64,000 bases of DNA, from positions 42,875 to 106,874 of IMG/VR virus record IMGVR_UViG_3300017991_000064. One strand, written 5' to 3'. Under the pieces are notes generated by a model. It saw only the letters and a program-made list of their open reading frames with translations, did not search any database and had not been told where the DNA came from. The DNA is from a virus. Below are positions 16,582-27,246 of the stretch, one piece after another. Made by a program: the position numbers and the translations under genes. Position 1 is the first letter of the stretch. Every line of letters starts with the position of its first letter.

Positions 16582-19500
16582 TTACGGGTTACTTGCTTCT
16601 GTTGCCGTCCATGTTATTTCTCTTGAACCACCAGTATTGTCAACAACATAGTAAATGAACCCATCTTTATCAGCTTCCTGAACCCCAAATGAGCCACCTA
16701 TATACATCCATGACATACCACTGTAATATGATTTGGGAGTAATGGTAACTATAACATCATCACTACCAAATGCAGTGCTAAAAGAAACTTCTGTTGTTGT
16801 GTATGTACCCATACTGGCATTTATCTCATCTGTTCCACTCTTGACAGTAGGAATCACAAGTTCAACATCATCAATCTTGTATACACCAGTAATGTTGATA
16901 TTACCGTCCACATCAAGAACTTCAGCAGGTGCAAGATCATTGATACCAACCTTACCCCCCATGATTGCCATAGTGCTTGCTTGTGTAAGTGTCGGTGTTG
17001 TATTATAGTCTAAACTGAAACCAATTGAATACTGAGCATCTGAATCCGTAGTACCTACAATTATTCCGGCTCCTAATGCTATAGAATTTGCACTTCTAGC
17101 CGTGTTAGATGCTCCCAATGCTACAGAATTTGCACCAGAAGCAGTTGACCCGCTTCCAATTGAAAGTGAATAAGCACCAGTAGCATCAGCCTGATTGCCA
17201 ACAGCAAATGAGTATATGCCAGATGCTTTTGTGTTATATCCCAACGCATTGGAAAGAAAGCCGATATTGGCATCATCCCAGTCTGTAGATGAACTACGAC
17301 CTGCTCTAAAAGCTCCTTTTGACTTATCAAAGAAAAATCTATAGTCATGGTCAGAATCACCATCATCGGCAAGTTGCGGTGAACCCCATACAAAATCATC
17401 AGTTGAATATGTTACTTCACTGGAGTTTGCCCTGACAACAGTACCGGCTTTTTCCCAGTATGAAGTTCCACCGCCACCGGCAGCAAGTTCAGCAAGGGTT
17501 TTATCCCCTGTAACTCCGTCTGATAGTACAAGATTTCCACTGCCATCTTGGAATAGGTCAAATGAGCCAGAACCACCATGAAATGCCGTTGCTTCAATAG
17601 TTCCTGAAACTTCCAGTGTTCCAGATGGGGGGTTGATTGTATCTGACCTCAAGGCTGTTGCTTCAACAGTACCACCTACAGAAAGCTCATATGAGGGAGT
17701 CAGGTCTGCAATACCAACCTTACCTCTCATAATTGCTAAAGTATTGTCCTGAGAAAGAGTTGAAGATGAAGCAGCAAGATTGATAAGCATTGAGTTATCT
17801 GCACTACTATCAACAGTAGCATTACAACCCAAAGCAACACCATTACCCCCGTTGGCATTATTACCATAACCAAGAGCAACACCGCCCCAACCTGCAACCT
17901 CACACTGATAACCGATAGCAGTTGCATAATTGTTTGTAGCCTGTGACTGATACCCCATAGCTACAGCAGCATCAGCGGTAGCATCAGAAGCATATCCAGC
18001 GGCAAAAGCATAACTGTCACTGGCAGCACAATCATCACCGAAAGCAGCCGACCATGATCCTCTGTTAGCATCATCCCAATTCACAGAGTTACAGTACCCA
18101 GCCCGGAAAGCAGCTTTACTATCATCAAAGAAAAACCGCCTGTCTTTGGTTGCGTGTATCTGTCTGTTAAGTGTTGGAGAACCAAACACAAAGTCATTAT
18201 TGTAGGTTGTATCTGATTCCCTGACCACATCTGAATCTTCCTCAAAGACACCACCTGCTACTGCTTCACTTGTCCATTCTCCAGAAGCATCATCATAGGT
18301 TAAAACATCATTATCAGAAGGATTTGATACATCTACATCAGATAGATCATCAAGTGTTACTGATGAAAGTATTGTATTAACCTCATCCGTTAAACCTACA
18401 TACTGACCCTCAAGATAAACAGCTTTCAAAGTACCTTCGACTTCGACTGATCCGGCATTAAGATAAAGTTTTTGATTTGCTACACTATTATCAAAAATAC
18501 CGTAAATCAATGAAGTATCACGAGCGTTTGATTCACTATCACGAGGATAAATGTCAATAAAGAGTTTATTACTCCCCGTTTCATAATACCCTGCATCATT
18601 ACCAAGAAAGATATTATTTGATCCGGTAGTGTTAGTATAACCAGCACGATAACCTAATGCTGTATTAGCATTACCAGAGGTAATATTTGTCAAGCTATTA
18701 TACCCGATTGCAGTATTTTTATTACTATTACAATCAGCTAATGCTAATGAACCTATAGCTGTATTCTCATCTCCGGTGGTCACAGTATTTAATGAGTTAT
18801 AACCTACTCCAACATTACTGAACCCCTCGGTGATTTCCGTTCCAGCATAAGCACCTATTCCGGTATTATTATAGCCACTGGTAACATCTTGTAGAGTATA
18901 GCTTCCGATACCTATATTGCTCTGACCCGTTTGAGTAAAATTACCAGCCTGAACACCAAGAAATAATGAAGACCCAGAACCTGTGTAAGTATGAAGCAAT
19001 CTTTCACCATTCTGGGATATAACTCCTACATATTGCCCTGATGTAGTAGGTAAACTTGCATATCCAGTAATTTCAAGAGAATCAACCTTAACATTGCCAA
19101 CATTATTATTGACAATATCATCTCCATCAGCATCCCAATATGTAGTACCTGCTACTGCTTCACTTGTCCATTCTCCAGTTCCAGAGTCATAAACAAGAGC
19201 CTCACCGTCCTCTGGGGAAGCAACATTGACATCACCAAGATCATTCAAGTCAAGATCAATAGCAGCAATAGCGGTTTCGATTGTGGAATCCGCTTCCGCT
19301 TTGGTATAGGTTTCTGATTCAGTGTAATAACGATTGTCCAACTGTCCATTGTCAAGTTCCGTCTGCGTGTAAACCTCTGTAGAGTTGTAACTGTAAGAAT
19401 CTATTACACCTTCAATCTCGGCATCCGTTCTGATCTTGCCATCAATGACAGCCTGAGAGTAGGTATATGCTTCGATGGTACTGTCTGTTTGAGCTTTAGT

Positions 19501-21219
19501 ATAAGCATCAACAGCAGGAATAACCTCTGATGTCCACTCACCAGTTCCGCCATCATAGGTCAATACATCATTGTCACTTGGAGCAGAAACATTAACATCA
19601 GACAGTCCTGCAAGATCTTTGTTCCAAACTTCAACCGTCCACTCTCCGGGTGTATGTGCATATCTTAAATAAGCATCGTCAAAACCGGGATAAGTGCTTG
19701 CATCAACATCTGATAGATTGTCGAGTGATTGGAGTATGTAATTACCAGTTGGGATATATACTCCTGTTGTTGAGTCCTTTTGATACCAACCTTCTGCCAT
19801 TGGTACACCTTTTGTATCATCAGTGAACAATACTTGACTATTATCAGTAGTAATAGTTTCATCCCATGATGCACCATTATATTCATAGATATTTCCAGCA
19901 GTCCAACCGTTACCTGCAACTAAACAAGCATAACGATCACCTGTGGATGGTGCAATAGGAAGAATACCAGCAGCAACCCAAGCATTGAGGACATCAGGAT
20001 ATATAATTTGCTGTTCATCTTTGGTGTATACCTCAGTAGAGTTGTAGCTGTAGGAATCAATGATAGTTTCAACTTCTGATGTATTTGTACCACTTGCTAT
20101 AGCTTCACTTGTCCATTCACCGGAAGCAGTATCATAAGTAAGAACATCATTATCACTGGGGGCAGAAACATTAACATCAGAAAGATCACCTAATGCATAG
20201 TTCGCAAGTGCAGTATCAATCTCAGATTTACTGTATGCATAGGTTTCAATGGTGCTGTCCGTTTCTGCTTTTGTATAGGTGGTTGTCGTATCTGCCTTAT
20301 CATCCAGCAAATTATCAGTTTCTGTTTGCGTGTAGACCTCTGTAGAATTGTAGGAGTAGGCATCAATGATATTTTCTACAGTAGAATCTAAATCAGTAAT
20401 GGTGTCAGCCTGATTTACAATACCGTCATCATTAGTATCATAAGTAGACTTCTCCATATCACCTGTACCAATAGCAGGTTTATTGGTGACATTATCCCAG
20501 TGAAGTTGTGCCTGTCCTGATGTCTGCATATTTGTCTGTGTGTAGTAATCAGCAGGGTCAATATAAGCCTCAATGGTTGAATCTGTTTCAGCCTTTGTAT
20601 ACACATCTGAGGCACTAGCAAAATCTGATACAGCGGAACCACTATCCTTGATATTGCCAGAGGCATCAAGAGATACAAGGTTGTCCTCTGTACCTGCTGA
20701 AACTATATCTGCTTTGTCATCCAACAGATTATCTGTTTCTGTTTCAGAATAAGCATAGGTTTCTATTGTAGAATCTGTTTCTGCTTTGGTATATACATCT
20801 GTTGCATTGGCCTTATCATCCAGTAAATTGTCTGTTTCTGTTTGAGTATAGACATCAGCTTTAGGATAAGCATAGGCTTCAACTGTTGCATCTACCTCAA
20901 CCTTAGTGTAAGTAGTAATTACATCAGCTTTATCATCCAACAGATTATTGGTTTCAGTCTGAGTATAATAATCTGAGGGATCAATGTAAGCCTCGATTGT
21001 AGCATCTACCTGAGTTCTAGTATACCCCTCTGCCGTATCCAAGAAGTTTTCATCTACTTCTGGAGCCAACTTGTCCAGTGTAACTGCTGTATCCTGAATA
21101 GAATCAGTTACAACTGTATCTTCTGGGGCATCAGGGGGATTTCTCAACCCCAATACTGGAAGACACAGCGACAGCAAAATTAATGTAATGAGTGTTAAGC
21201 GTTTGTACTTGTCGTTCAT
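16582..21219 (-). CDS. 1545 aa fibre/adhesin-like protein with an N-terminal signal peptide and YadA-head-like repeats
   Basis: MNDKYKR + LTLITLILLSLCLPVLG; YTKAE.D.TIE.Y repeats; LxDLxDV linkers; N(T/I)(A/G)IG..(S/A)L and A.G..A.A.G beta-roll repeats; H-type-lectin-like C-terminus (VSFSTAF...VTITP...WTA). Confidence 0.75.
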   Translation of the reverse strand: MNDKYKRLTLITLILLSLCLPVLGLRNPPDAPEDTVVTDSIQDTAVTLDKLAPEVDENFLDTAEGYTRTQVDATIEAYIDPSDYYTQTETNNLLDDKADVITTYTKVEVDATVEAYAYPKADVYTQTETDNLLDDKANATDVYTKAETDSTIETYAYSETETDNLLDDKADIVSAGTEDNLVSLDASGNIKDSGSAVSDFASASDVYTKAETDSTIEAYIDPADYYTQTNMQTSGQAQLHWDNVTNKPAIGTGDMEKSTYDTNDDGIVNQADTITDLDSTVENIIDAYSYNSTEVYTQTETDNLLDDKADTTTTYTKAETDSTIETYAYSKSEIDTALANYALGDLSDVNVSAPSDNDVLTYDTASGEWTSEAIASGTNTSEVETIIDSYSYNSTEVYTKDEQQIIYPDVLNAWVAAGILPIAPSTGDRYACLVAGNGWTAGNIYEYNGASWDETITTDNSQVLFTDDTKGVPMAEGWYQKDSTTGVYIPTGNYILQSLDNLSDVDASTYPGFDDAYLRYAHTPGEWTVEVWNKDLAGLSDVNVSAPSDNDVLTYDGGTGEWTSEVIPAVDAYTKAQTDSTIEAYTYSQAVIDGKIRTDAEIEGVIDSYSYNSTEVYTQTELDNGQLDNRYYTESETYTKAEADSTIETAIAAIDLDLNDLGDVNVASPEDGEALVYDSGTGEWTSEAVAGTTYWDADGDDIVNNNVGNVKVDSLEITGYASLPTTSGQYVGVISQNGERLLHTYTGSGSSLFLGVQAGNFTQTGQSNIGIGSYTLQDVTSGYNNTGIGAYAGTEITEGFSNVGVGYNSLNTVTTGDENTAIGSLALADCNSNKNTAIGYNSLTNITSGNANTALGYRAGYTNTTGSNNIFLGNDAGYYETGSNKLFIDIYPRDSESNARDTSLIYGIFDNSVANQKLYLNAGSVEVEGTLKAVYLEGQYVGLTDEVNTILSSVTLDDLSDVDVSNPSDNDVLTYDDASGEWTSEAVAGGVFEEDSDVVRESDTTYNNDFVFGSPTLNRQIHATKDRRFFFDDSKAAFRAGYCNSVNWDDANRGSWSAAFGDDCAASDSYAFAAGYASDATADAAVAMGYQSQATNNYATAIGYQCEVAGWGGVALGYGNNANGGNGVALGCNATVDSSADNSMLINLAASSSTLSQDNTLAIMRGKVGIADLTPSYELSVGGTVEATALRSDTINPPSGTLEVSGTIEATAFHGGSGSFDLFQDGSGNLVLSDGVTGDKTLAELAAGGGGTSYWEKAGTVVRANSSEVTYSTDDFVWGSPQLADDGDSDHDYRFFFDKSKGAFRAGRSSSTDWDDANIGFLSNALGYNTKASGIYSFAVGNQADATGAYSLSIGSGSTASGANSVALGASNTARSANSIALGAGIIVGTTDSDAQYSIGFSLDYNTTPTLTQASTMAIMGGKVGINDLAPAEVLDVDGNINITGVYKIDDVELVIPTVKSGTDEINASMGTYTTTEVSFSTAFGSDDVIVTITPKSYYSGMSWMYIGGSFGVQEADKDGFIYYVVDNTGGSREITWTATEASNP

Positions 21220-21230
21220 TTCATCCCCCT

Positions 21231-24200
21231 TTACAGGTTTTCATCGTATGAGTAATAAATGGTAATGGCTTCACCACCACTTAAACCCGTAATAACAACA
21301 TTGTGTTTATCCCCGCTGATAGTAAAATCAGAAGGATAATATTGAATGGTGTCATCAACTGTAACCCACGGAATACCTTCCATCTTCCTTGAGGCATCAG
21401 CATCACATGGATAATTGGTTACACCATTAACACCTACTTCCAGTGTCCAGCCGTTGACGATCTTTGGAATCTTTCTTGCTATCCACTGATTAGAATTATT
21501 CCTGATAAGAATTTCATCAGAAGCAACTCCCAAGATACTTACATCATTGAGATCGGCAAGTGTAATAGCAGCAGCGAAAGTTTCAATAGTGGAATCAGTT
21601 TCCGCTTTGGTGTAAACCTCTGTGCTGTTATAAGAATAATCGTCAATGATACCTTCTATTTCAGCATCCGTTCTGATCTTGCCATCAATGACAGCCTGAG
21701 AGTAAGTGTATGCTTCAATAGTTGAATCTGTTTCAGACTTTGTATATATTTCTGTGCTGTTGTAACTGTAGGCATCAATAACCGTTTCTACATCACTCGC
21801 ATCCAGTATCACATCATTATCAAGATGTGTCCTGATTTCAGCAGCGGTGGAGTTATTCACACCATCATACACAACCTCTGCGGAATCGGATATGCCGTTG
21901 TCGTTTTTGTCATACTGAGCCTTGAGCATATCACCAGCACCTGTGACAGTTTCCGATGTCCATTCTCCTGCTCCATCATCCCAAACTAAAGATTCACCAT
22001 CACTGGGAGTGGAAACATTGACATTAGAGAGGTCATTGAGAACCCGATTGTCTATCTCTGTTTTTGTATAAACCTCAGTAGAGTTATACGAGTAATCATC
22101 AATGATACCTTCTATTTCAGAAGTGGTTTTTCCTGATGGAGCATCAACATTTTCCCATTCAGAGGCACTGTCATTCCATGCCATCATCTGACCATCTGTA
22201 GCACTGCCTACATTGACATCCCCGAGATCATCAATGCTTGCATCAGCAATAACGGCTTCAATGGCAGTCTTTGAAAGCAGTGTTACAGTACCACCACCAG
22301 TAAATGTCCCACCGTTATCAAGGAATGATGAATAAGTTTCGGAATCCATTGGATGTCCACCGCTTCCAGAAATATTTCCACCCTTCCACTTACAGTCAAT
22401 TAGACCGCCCGGTGGAATGTAATCGGTGAATGTTCCATCAATACCATTACTGATTTCACACTGTACCAGTCTGCCATATGAAGCTACCTCTATGGTTTCA
22501 TCAAATTCACAGTTCTGGGCCTCAAGAAGATTTCCAGCAGAGGCATCCATATCAAATGCAGCATCAAACATACAATCACGCAGGAACATATTAAGGTTGC
22601 CAGCATTGCCAGAACCATCCATATCCCCGATAACCTTCAACTGATTTGCATGGAACTCTTTGCTGGAAGAAGCCCCACCTGACCAGTTGATATCACCAGA
22701 CACTATGAATCCACAACCATATGAGGGGTGAGTTGTAGAAGTGGTGGAAGGGGTCAGCGTTCCAATATAGAAAGTTTGTCTGCGTTCCCCGTAATCCTGA
22801 GTATCATCAAAGTTTATTGTGATATCTCTCGGAGTAGTTGAGGCATAGTATGTTCCAACACCATCACCGAGAACAACCGGGCCTATACCAATCAAGGACA
22901 CACTGATATTTATACCCACTGACAGGCTTTCATCATACCTTCCAGCATAAATCAAGATAACATCCCTTTGAGCAAGCTCTGTGGCCCCACTGGAAGGTTG
23001 TGTGATATTACTCAATGCTCCCTGTATAGTTTTCCACGGGAATCTCTCTGAACCATCCTCGGTATAAGAATCGGTACGGTTTCCATCAACCCACTGAACC
23101 CTTGTAACCTCATAAGTATCAGTTATAAGGTTACTGATATCAGTGTTCTTCCACTCAGAACTTACAGCATCCCAATACATCACCTGATCCTGTTGTAATG
23201 AGGTAAATGAAACATCACCAAGATCATTCAGGTCAAGATCAACCAGTTTTGTAATGGTAAGTGCTGCTCCTGTTATGGCCCCATTGTCAGCGAACCACTT
23301 TGCAGATACATCATCCATTGTGCAGGTTTTTGGTGCTGAAAGATTAATTTCCGTTTTTCGGAAGAAACAATCAGTGAAATTACCTACAGCATAAGTTGTA
23401 TCAAAGTTATTGCACTCAATCTCCACGGTATTATTAGCTCCCCACTCATCAGAACTAAACTGACAATCACGGATGCTAACTATGGTAGAGGCATCAAAAT
23501 CCGGCCCCATGAACCTACAACCCTTAACCTGCTGCCAGTAAAAAGATGAACCCGTTACTGATCCAGACACTGAACTATCTTTCATATAGATAACACTTGT
23601 ACCAGTACCAGACTCTTCTGAAAAATCTCCAGTAATCCTTGTATGGGTTAAGATTCTATCATGGGTTGTCGACCCTGTTTTCCCTGATTCAACCTGTAAG
23701 TGCAAATTACCGTCAATGGTAAAACCAGACTGCTTAGAAGGATGAGTTCCGTTCCCAAAAGCTATCCCATTAAAAGAAGGAACAGCCCGGAAGGTTCCAG
23801 AGGATACCCCGTACTCATACTCAGCAGCTATCTCCTGCGTAACATTTCCAGTGAAAGTAACCCCACCTACAATATGCTGAATAGAACGATAAGGAACTAT
23901 CTCACTACCTGTAAGTGTGTATTCACCCGGAGCAAAGATAGCCTTAAACCTCTGCTGATACTCTGCTGCTGATCCAGCCTGTCCAATTTCAGTCCAGAGC
24001 TTGCCCGGAGTAGCCCACGGATTAGAGAATGAACCATCACCAGTTGTATCGTTCCCGTTTGGAGCAATATAGTATGTCCTATAGAAGCTGGTATCCATTG
24101 AGATAGCTTCACTTGTCCATTCACTTTCGGAGTCATTCCAAACAAGGCTTTCCCCATCAGAAGGAGATGATACATTAACATCATCCAGATCATTCAGATT

Positions 24201-26705
24201 AACAGGAACCTCAGCTGTATCGGCTTTATCAATATCAAGCTGGTCGATTGCTGCTTTAACATTGGCCCCGGTAACTGTTCCACTGTATACAACCCTTGAA
24301 GCATCATCCACATAGGTTGTAGCAGAGGGGGTTCCACCTGACAGGCTAGAACTTGCATCCAGATAGAGATTTGCCGGAGTAGTACAGTGAATCTCCGATT
24401 TGTCAAAACCATAGATTGTAGCACTTCCGTCATTTAGAGTCAGTGCTTTTGTACCGCCCCATTTCTTGACATTATGGCAAACAACTATACACTCATGTCC
24501 ACCACAAGAAATAGCATTACCATTAGCACTAGCACCACCTGTGATATATCCTACATTACTTAATTCAATGTAATTATCACCTGATGCAGTATACAAAGAA
24601 CCAGAGGTACTATTACGGCAGTAGATAATGAGGTTTTCAAACTTAACATTATCACCATACCATGCTCCGGCTCCATTAGACCAGAACAAAGTAGTTCCAA
24701 CTACAGTATCGCTTAATACCCCTCTGAAAGTAATGTTTGAAACATCCTTTGAAGCAGGAGTAAAAGCAATCTGTCCACTACAAACTATTGTTCCACCGCC
24801 CTTAGAAGCAACATAATCAATAGCATTGTGGATATTGGAATAATCAGCACCAGAAGAAGCACAGGTAACTGTTACATTGGTTTTGGAAGCATCAGGAATA
24901 GAACCGATACTAGCCCCACTGTCCTTGATGTTACCCGAACCATCAATTGTAACTACATTGTTCTCAGTGCCTCCACTGATGATATCTGCTTTATCATCCA
25001 GCAAATTGTCTGTTTCAGTCTGAGTGTATATCTCAGTGCTGTTGTATGAATAATCATCAATGATTGTTTCAACCTCTGATGTGTTTGTCCCGCTGGCTAC
25101 ACTACTGTTCTGCCATTCTCCCGCCCCATCATTCCAGACAAGAGCCTGACCATCTGTGGGGGAACCAGCATTGACATCGGACAGATCATCGAGGACTGCT
25201 GATGTATCCAGTTTCCCGGAAAGTTCAGTGCTGATTTTATCGGATGACCAGACCTCTGCAACATCAGTAGTACTGTCATCAAGTTCACGGGGTCTGTAGT
25301 TTTCCCCCAGTGTGCCGGAGTTCAAAAGGGTCAGACTGCCACGGGGGAGGTGCTGAACAAAGTTCACACCATAATGCGCCCCCCAACTCGGTTTTGATCC
25401 TGCATCATCCCAGTCAACAGTAATGTCACCGGAAGATTCAGAACCCTCATACCAGATACCAGCCGTCTGCTCATAGAGCATATCGCCTGTTATGTAGGTA
25501 TTCTGGTAATCAATTCCATTTACAATATTGGAATGGATTGATTTTGAACCCCCAAGGCGGCAGTCCATAAACTGAAGCTCATTACCGCCCAGACTTGTTC
25601 CAGCTATACCTTGAATAAGAACACCGTATTCTCCGGCATCAGTGGACTGAATGGAAAAGCCCTTGATCTTCATATCCCACGGTTCTGGGTCAACACCGTT
25701 GTCGGCTATGATAAGGGCATTACCAGCATAATGCCACTGAGAAACACCTTGACCGTATCCAATCAAATGAATCCCCGCCATGTCCACAGTAACCTGTTCG
25801 GTAAATTTTCCGAGAATATCAATAACCACCGGGTCAATGGCTGTAGGTGTCATTGTTTCAGCGACAGAATAAGCATGAGCGATAGTAAGGAAAGGATCAA
25901 TTTCAGAACCTGTTCCAGCATCACTACCGTCTATCCGTACATACAGAACTCGGTGTGCTTCTTTTACCACATCAATAATCGAATCAATTTCAGATTCAGA
26001 ATAAGCATATGCTTCAATGGTTGCATCAGTTTCTGCTTTGGTATAAGCTACACCAACATCTGCTTTACCCGAAAGAAGTGAATCAACTTCACCACTATTG
26101 TAAAGGTCACTCTTTGTATAATAATCAGAAGCACCAAAACCTGAATCGGAAGCATCACCACCTGCGGTAAGTCCAACAAAGTTACCGGGAACTGGCCCCG
26201 TAACCTGATTCATCTTGCCAGTAATCTCAATATCAAGATCAGTAATATTGACCTCAACATTGTCATCCTTAAAAAAGAGTTTTCCAGTAACGGGATCAAA
26301 CCATGCTAAAGCTGAAGTTGTGCCAATCTCAACCGTATTAGCTTTCAGGGTATGACATTCGACTGTAGTTACCGCTGATAACTTTTGACATTCCAGAGTG
26401 CCGAGATTAGTAATAGCAAGACCATCAAAATCCCAGTCAGCAGTAGGTTCGTGCGTACCATCCCTGCGAGTATAGTCGCTAAGGTCAACTTCAACTGTTA
26501 CCCCAGAGATATCAGTAACATAAAGGTGTTCGACCTCTATTGTACCGAAAACATTTGCTTCTCTAGTTCCTTCCCGAATAAGCCTATCAGTTGGCATAGA
26601 GTCAACATCTATTCTAGTCCCTGGTATTGGTACCAGACAGAAAGCACTCTGTATAGTTACCAGGAGGAACAGGAAAGCAAGCCATAAAATTTTTCCACGT
26701 GTCAT
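21231..26705 (-). CDS. 1824 aa fibre/adhesin-like protein with an N-terminal signal peptide and several beta-helix (pectin-lyase-like) domains
   Basis: MTRGK + ILWLAFLFLLVTIQSAFC; repeated beta-helix entry motifs (LYV..DGSD..GS..DPF.TI, YYIAPNGND..GDGS..NPW.T, DGSERFPWKTIQ.A); LxDLxDV linkers; AAGGAGG SD. Confidence 0.75.
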   Translation of the reverse strand: MTRGKILWLAFLFLLVTIQSAFCLVPIPGTRIDVDSMPTDRLIREGTREANVFGTIEVEHLYVTDISGVTVEVDLSDYTRRDGTHEPTADWDFDGLAITNLGTLECQKLSAVTTVECHTLKANTVEIGTTSALAWFDPVTGKLFFKDDNVEVNITDLDIEITGKMNQVTGPVPGNFVGLTAGGDASDSGFGASDYYTKSDLYNSGEVDSLLSGKADVGVAYTKAETDATIEAYAYSESEIDSIIDVVKEAHRVLYVRIDGSDAGTGSEIDPFLTIAHAYSVAETMTPTAIDPVVIDILGKFTEQVTVDMAGIHLIGYGQGVSQWHYAGNALIIADNGVDPEPWDMKIKGFSIQSTDAGEYGVLIQGIAGTSLGGNELQFMDCRLGGSKSIHSNIVNGIDYQNTYITGDMLYEQTAGIWYEGSESSGDITVDWDDAGSKPSWGAHYGVNFVQHLPRGSLTLLNSGTLGENYRPRELDDSTTDVAEVWSSDKISTELSGKLDTSAVLDDLSDVNAGSPTDGQALVWNDGAGEWQNSSVASGTNTSEVETIIDDYSYNSTEIYTQTETDNLLDDKADIISGGTENNVVTIDGSGNIKDSGASIGSIPDASKTNVTVTCASSGADYSNIHNAIDYVASKGGGTIVCSGQIAFTPASKDVSNITFRGVLSDTVVGTTLFWSNGAGAWYGDNVKFENLIIYCRNSTSGSLYTASGDNYIELSNVGYITGGASANGNAISCGGHECIVVCHNVKKWGGTKALTLNDGSATIYGFDKSEIHCTTPANLYLDASSSLSGGTPSATTYVDDASRVVYSGTVTGANVKAAIDQLDIDKADTAEVPVNLNDLDDVNVSSPSDGESLVWNDSESEWTSEAISMDTSFYRTYYIAPNGNDTTGDGSFSNPWATPGKLWTEIGQAGSAAEYQQRFKAIFAPGEYTLTGSEIVPYRSIQHIVGGVTFTGNVTQEIAAEYEYGVSSGTFRAVPSFNGIAFGNGTHPSKQSGFTIDGNLHLQVESGKTGSTTHDRILTHTRITGDFSEESGTGTSVIYMKDSSVSGSVTGSSFYWQQVKGCRFMGPDFDASTIVSIRDCQFSSDEWGANNTVEIECNNFDTTYAVGNFTDCFFRKTEINLSAPKTCTMDDVSAKWFADNGAITGAALTITKLVDLDLNDLGDVSFTSLQQDQVMYWDAVSSEWKNTDISNLITDTYEVTRVQWVDGNRTDSYTEDGSERFPWKTIQGALSNITQPSSGATELAQRDVILIYAGRYDESLSVGINISVSLIGIGPVVLGDGVGTYYASTTPRDITINFDDTQDYGERRQTFYIGTLTPSTTSTTHPSYGCGFIVSGDINWSGGASSSKEFHANQLKVIGDMDGSGNAGNLNMFLRDCMFDAAFDMDASAGNLLEAQNCEFDETIEVASYGRLVQCEISNGIDGTFTDYIPPGGLIDCKWKGGNISGSGGHPMDSETYSSFLDNGGTFTGGGTVTLLSKTAIEAVIADASIDDLGDVNVGSATDGQMMAWNDSASEWENVDAPSGKTTSEIEGIIDDYSYNSTEVYTKTEIDNRVLNDLSNVNVSTPSDGESLVWDDGAGEWTSETVTGAGDMLKAQYDKNDNGISDSAEVVYDGVNNSTAAEIRTHLDNDVILDASDVETVIDAYSYNSTEIYTKSETDSTIEAYTYSQAVIDGKIRTDAEIEGIIDDYSYNSTEVYTKAETDSTIETFAAAITLADLNDVSILGVASDEILIRNNSNQWIARKIPKIVNGWTLEVGVNGVTNYPCDADASRKMEGIPWVTVDDTIQYYPSDFTISGDKHNVVITGLSGGEAITIYYSYDENL

Positions 26706-26725
26706 AATATTTCTTCCTCCTTACA

Positions 26726-27148
26726 TTACTTCTTGTAAAGCACTATTACGTTCTGACCAGCAGTTAATGCCGGAGTAAATGTAATAGTGGGGTTTGGGGA
26801 AGCAGCTTTGTCTATAGTGTATACACCAGTGAGAGGTTGTACTGTGCCTCCTATCTCCCATACAATAGCCCTATTCTCATGCGGGGTTCCATCCGTTAGT
26901 GGATAGGTAGCACTACCATCACCATTAACTTCACAGAATCCCATTCCGTGGCCGGGAATAGCAGCAGCCAGCCCCAACCGTACTGAACCATCACTTTCAT
27001 CAACTATCTTCCCTAGTATCTCATCTAGGTTTGTCTTCTCACCAATATCACCATCGGGTAATGGAGTATCAGTGAACTTAACTGTTAGATTCCTGTTGGC
27101 TACTAAGTAAATAAACTTGAGTAGCTTATCAAGAGCCCATTTGCTCAT
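26726..27148 (-). CDS. small virion-associated protein (paralogue of 27260-27601)
   Basis: IGEKTNLDEIL...DE...VR motif and C-terminal beta domain ITFTPALTAGQNVIVLY. Confidence 0.5.
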   Translation of the reverse strand: MSKWALDKLLKFIYLVANRNLTVKFTDTPLPDGDIGEKTNLDEILGKIVDESDGSVRLGLAAAIPGHGMGFCEVNGDGSATYPLTDGTPHENRAIVWEIGGTVQPLTGVYTIDKAASPNPTITFTPALTAGQNVIVLYKK

Positions 27149-27218
27149 GTATTCCTCCCATGAAATTTATCGTTTGAAAATCTTTATTGGCATCGAGTAT
27201 TGCAGATTTCGTTAGATA

Positions 27219-27246
27219 GGGGTTGGCCTGAGATTAGACCAACCCC
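27219..27246 (-). terminator. hairpin after the 113 aa gene
   Basis: Minus strand GGGGTTGGTCT-AATCTC-AGGCCAACCCC. Confidence 0.55.

Noticed and set aside
16582-21219. Bacterial trimeric autotransporter (host contamination or chimeric assembly)
   Set aside because: No YadA-type C-terminal anchor is visible, the gene shares modules with its phage neighbours, and it is co-oriented within the tail operon.
16582-26705. Diversity-generating retroelement template/variable repeats in the fibre genes
   Set aside because: The repeats are in-frame structural modules with mostly synonymous, non-adenine-specific differences. No reverse transcriptase or intergenic template repeat is in the window.
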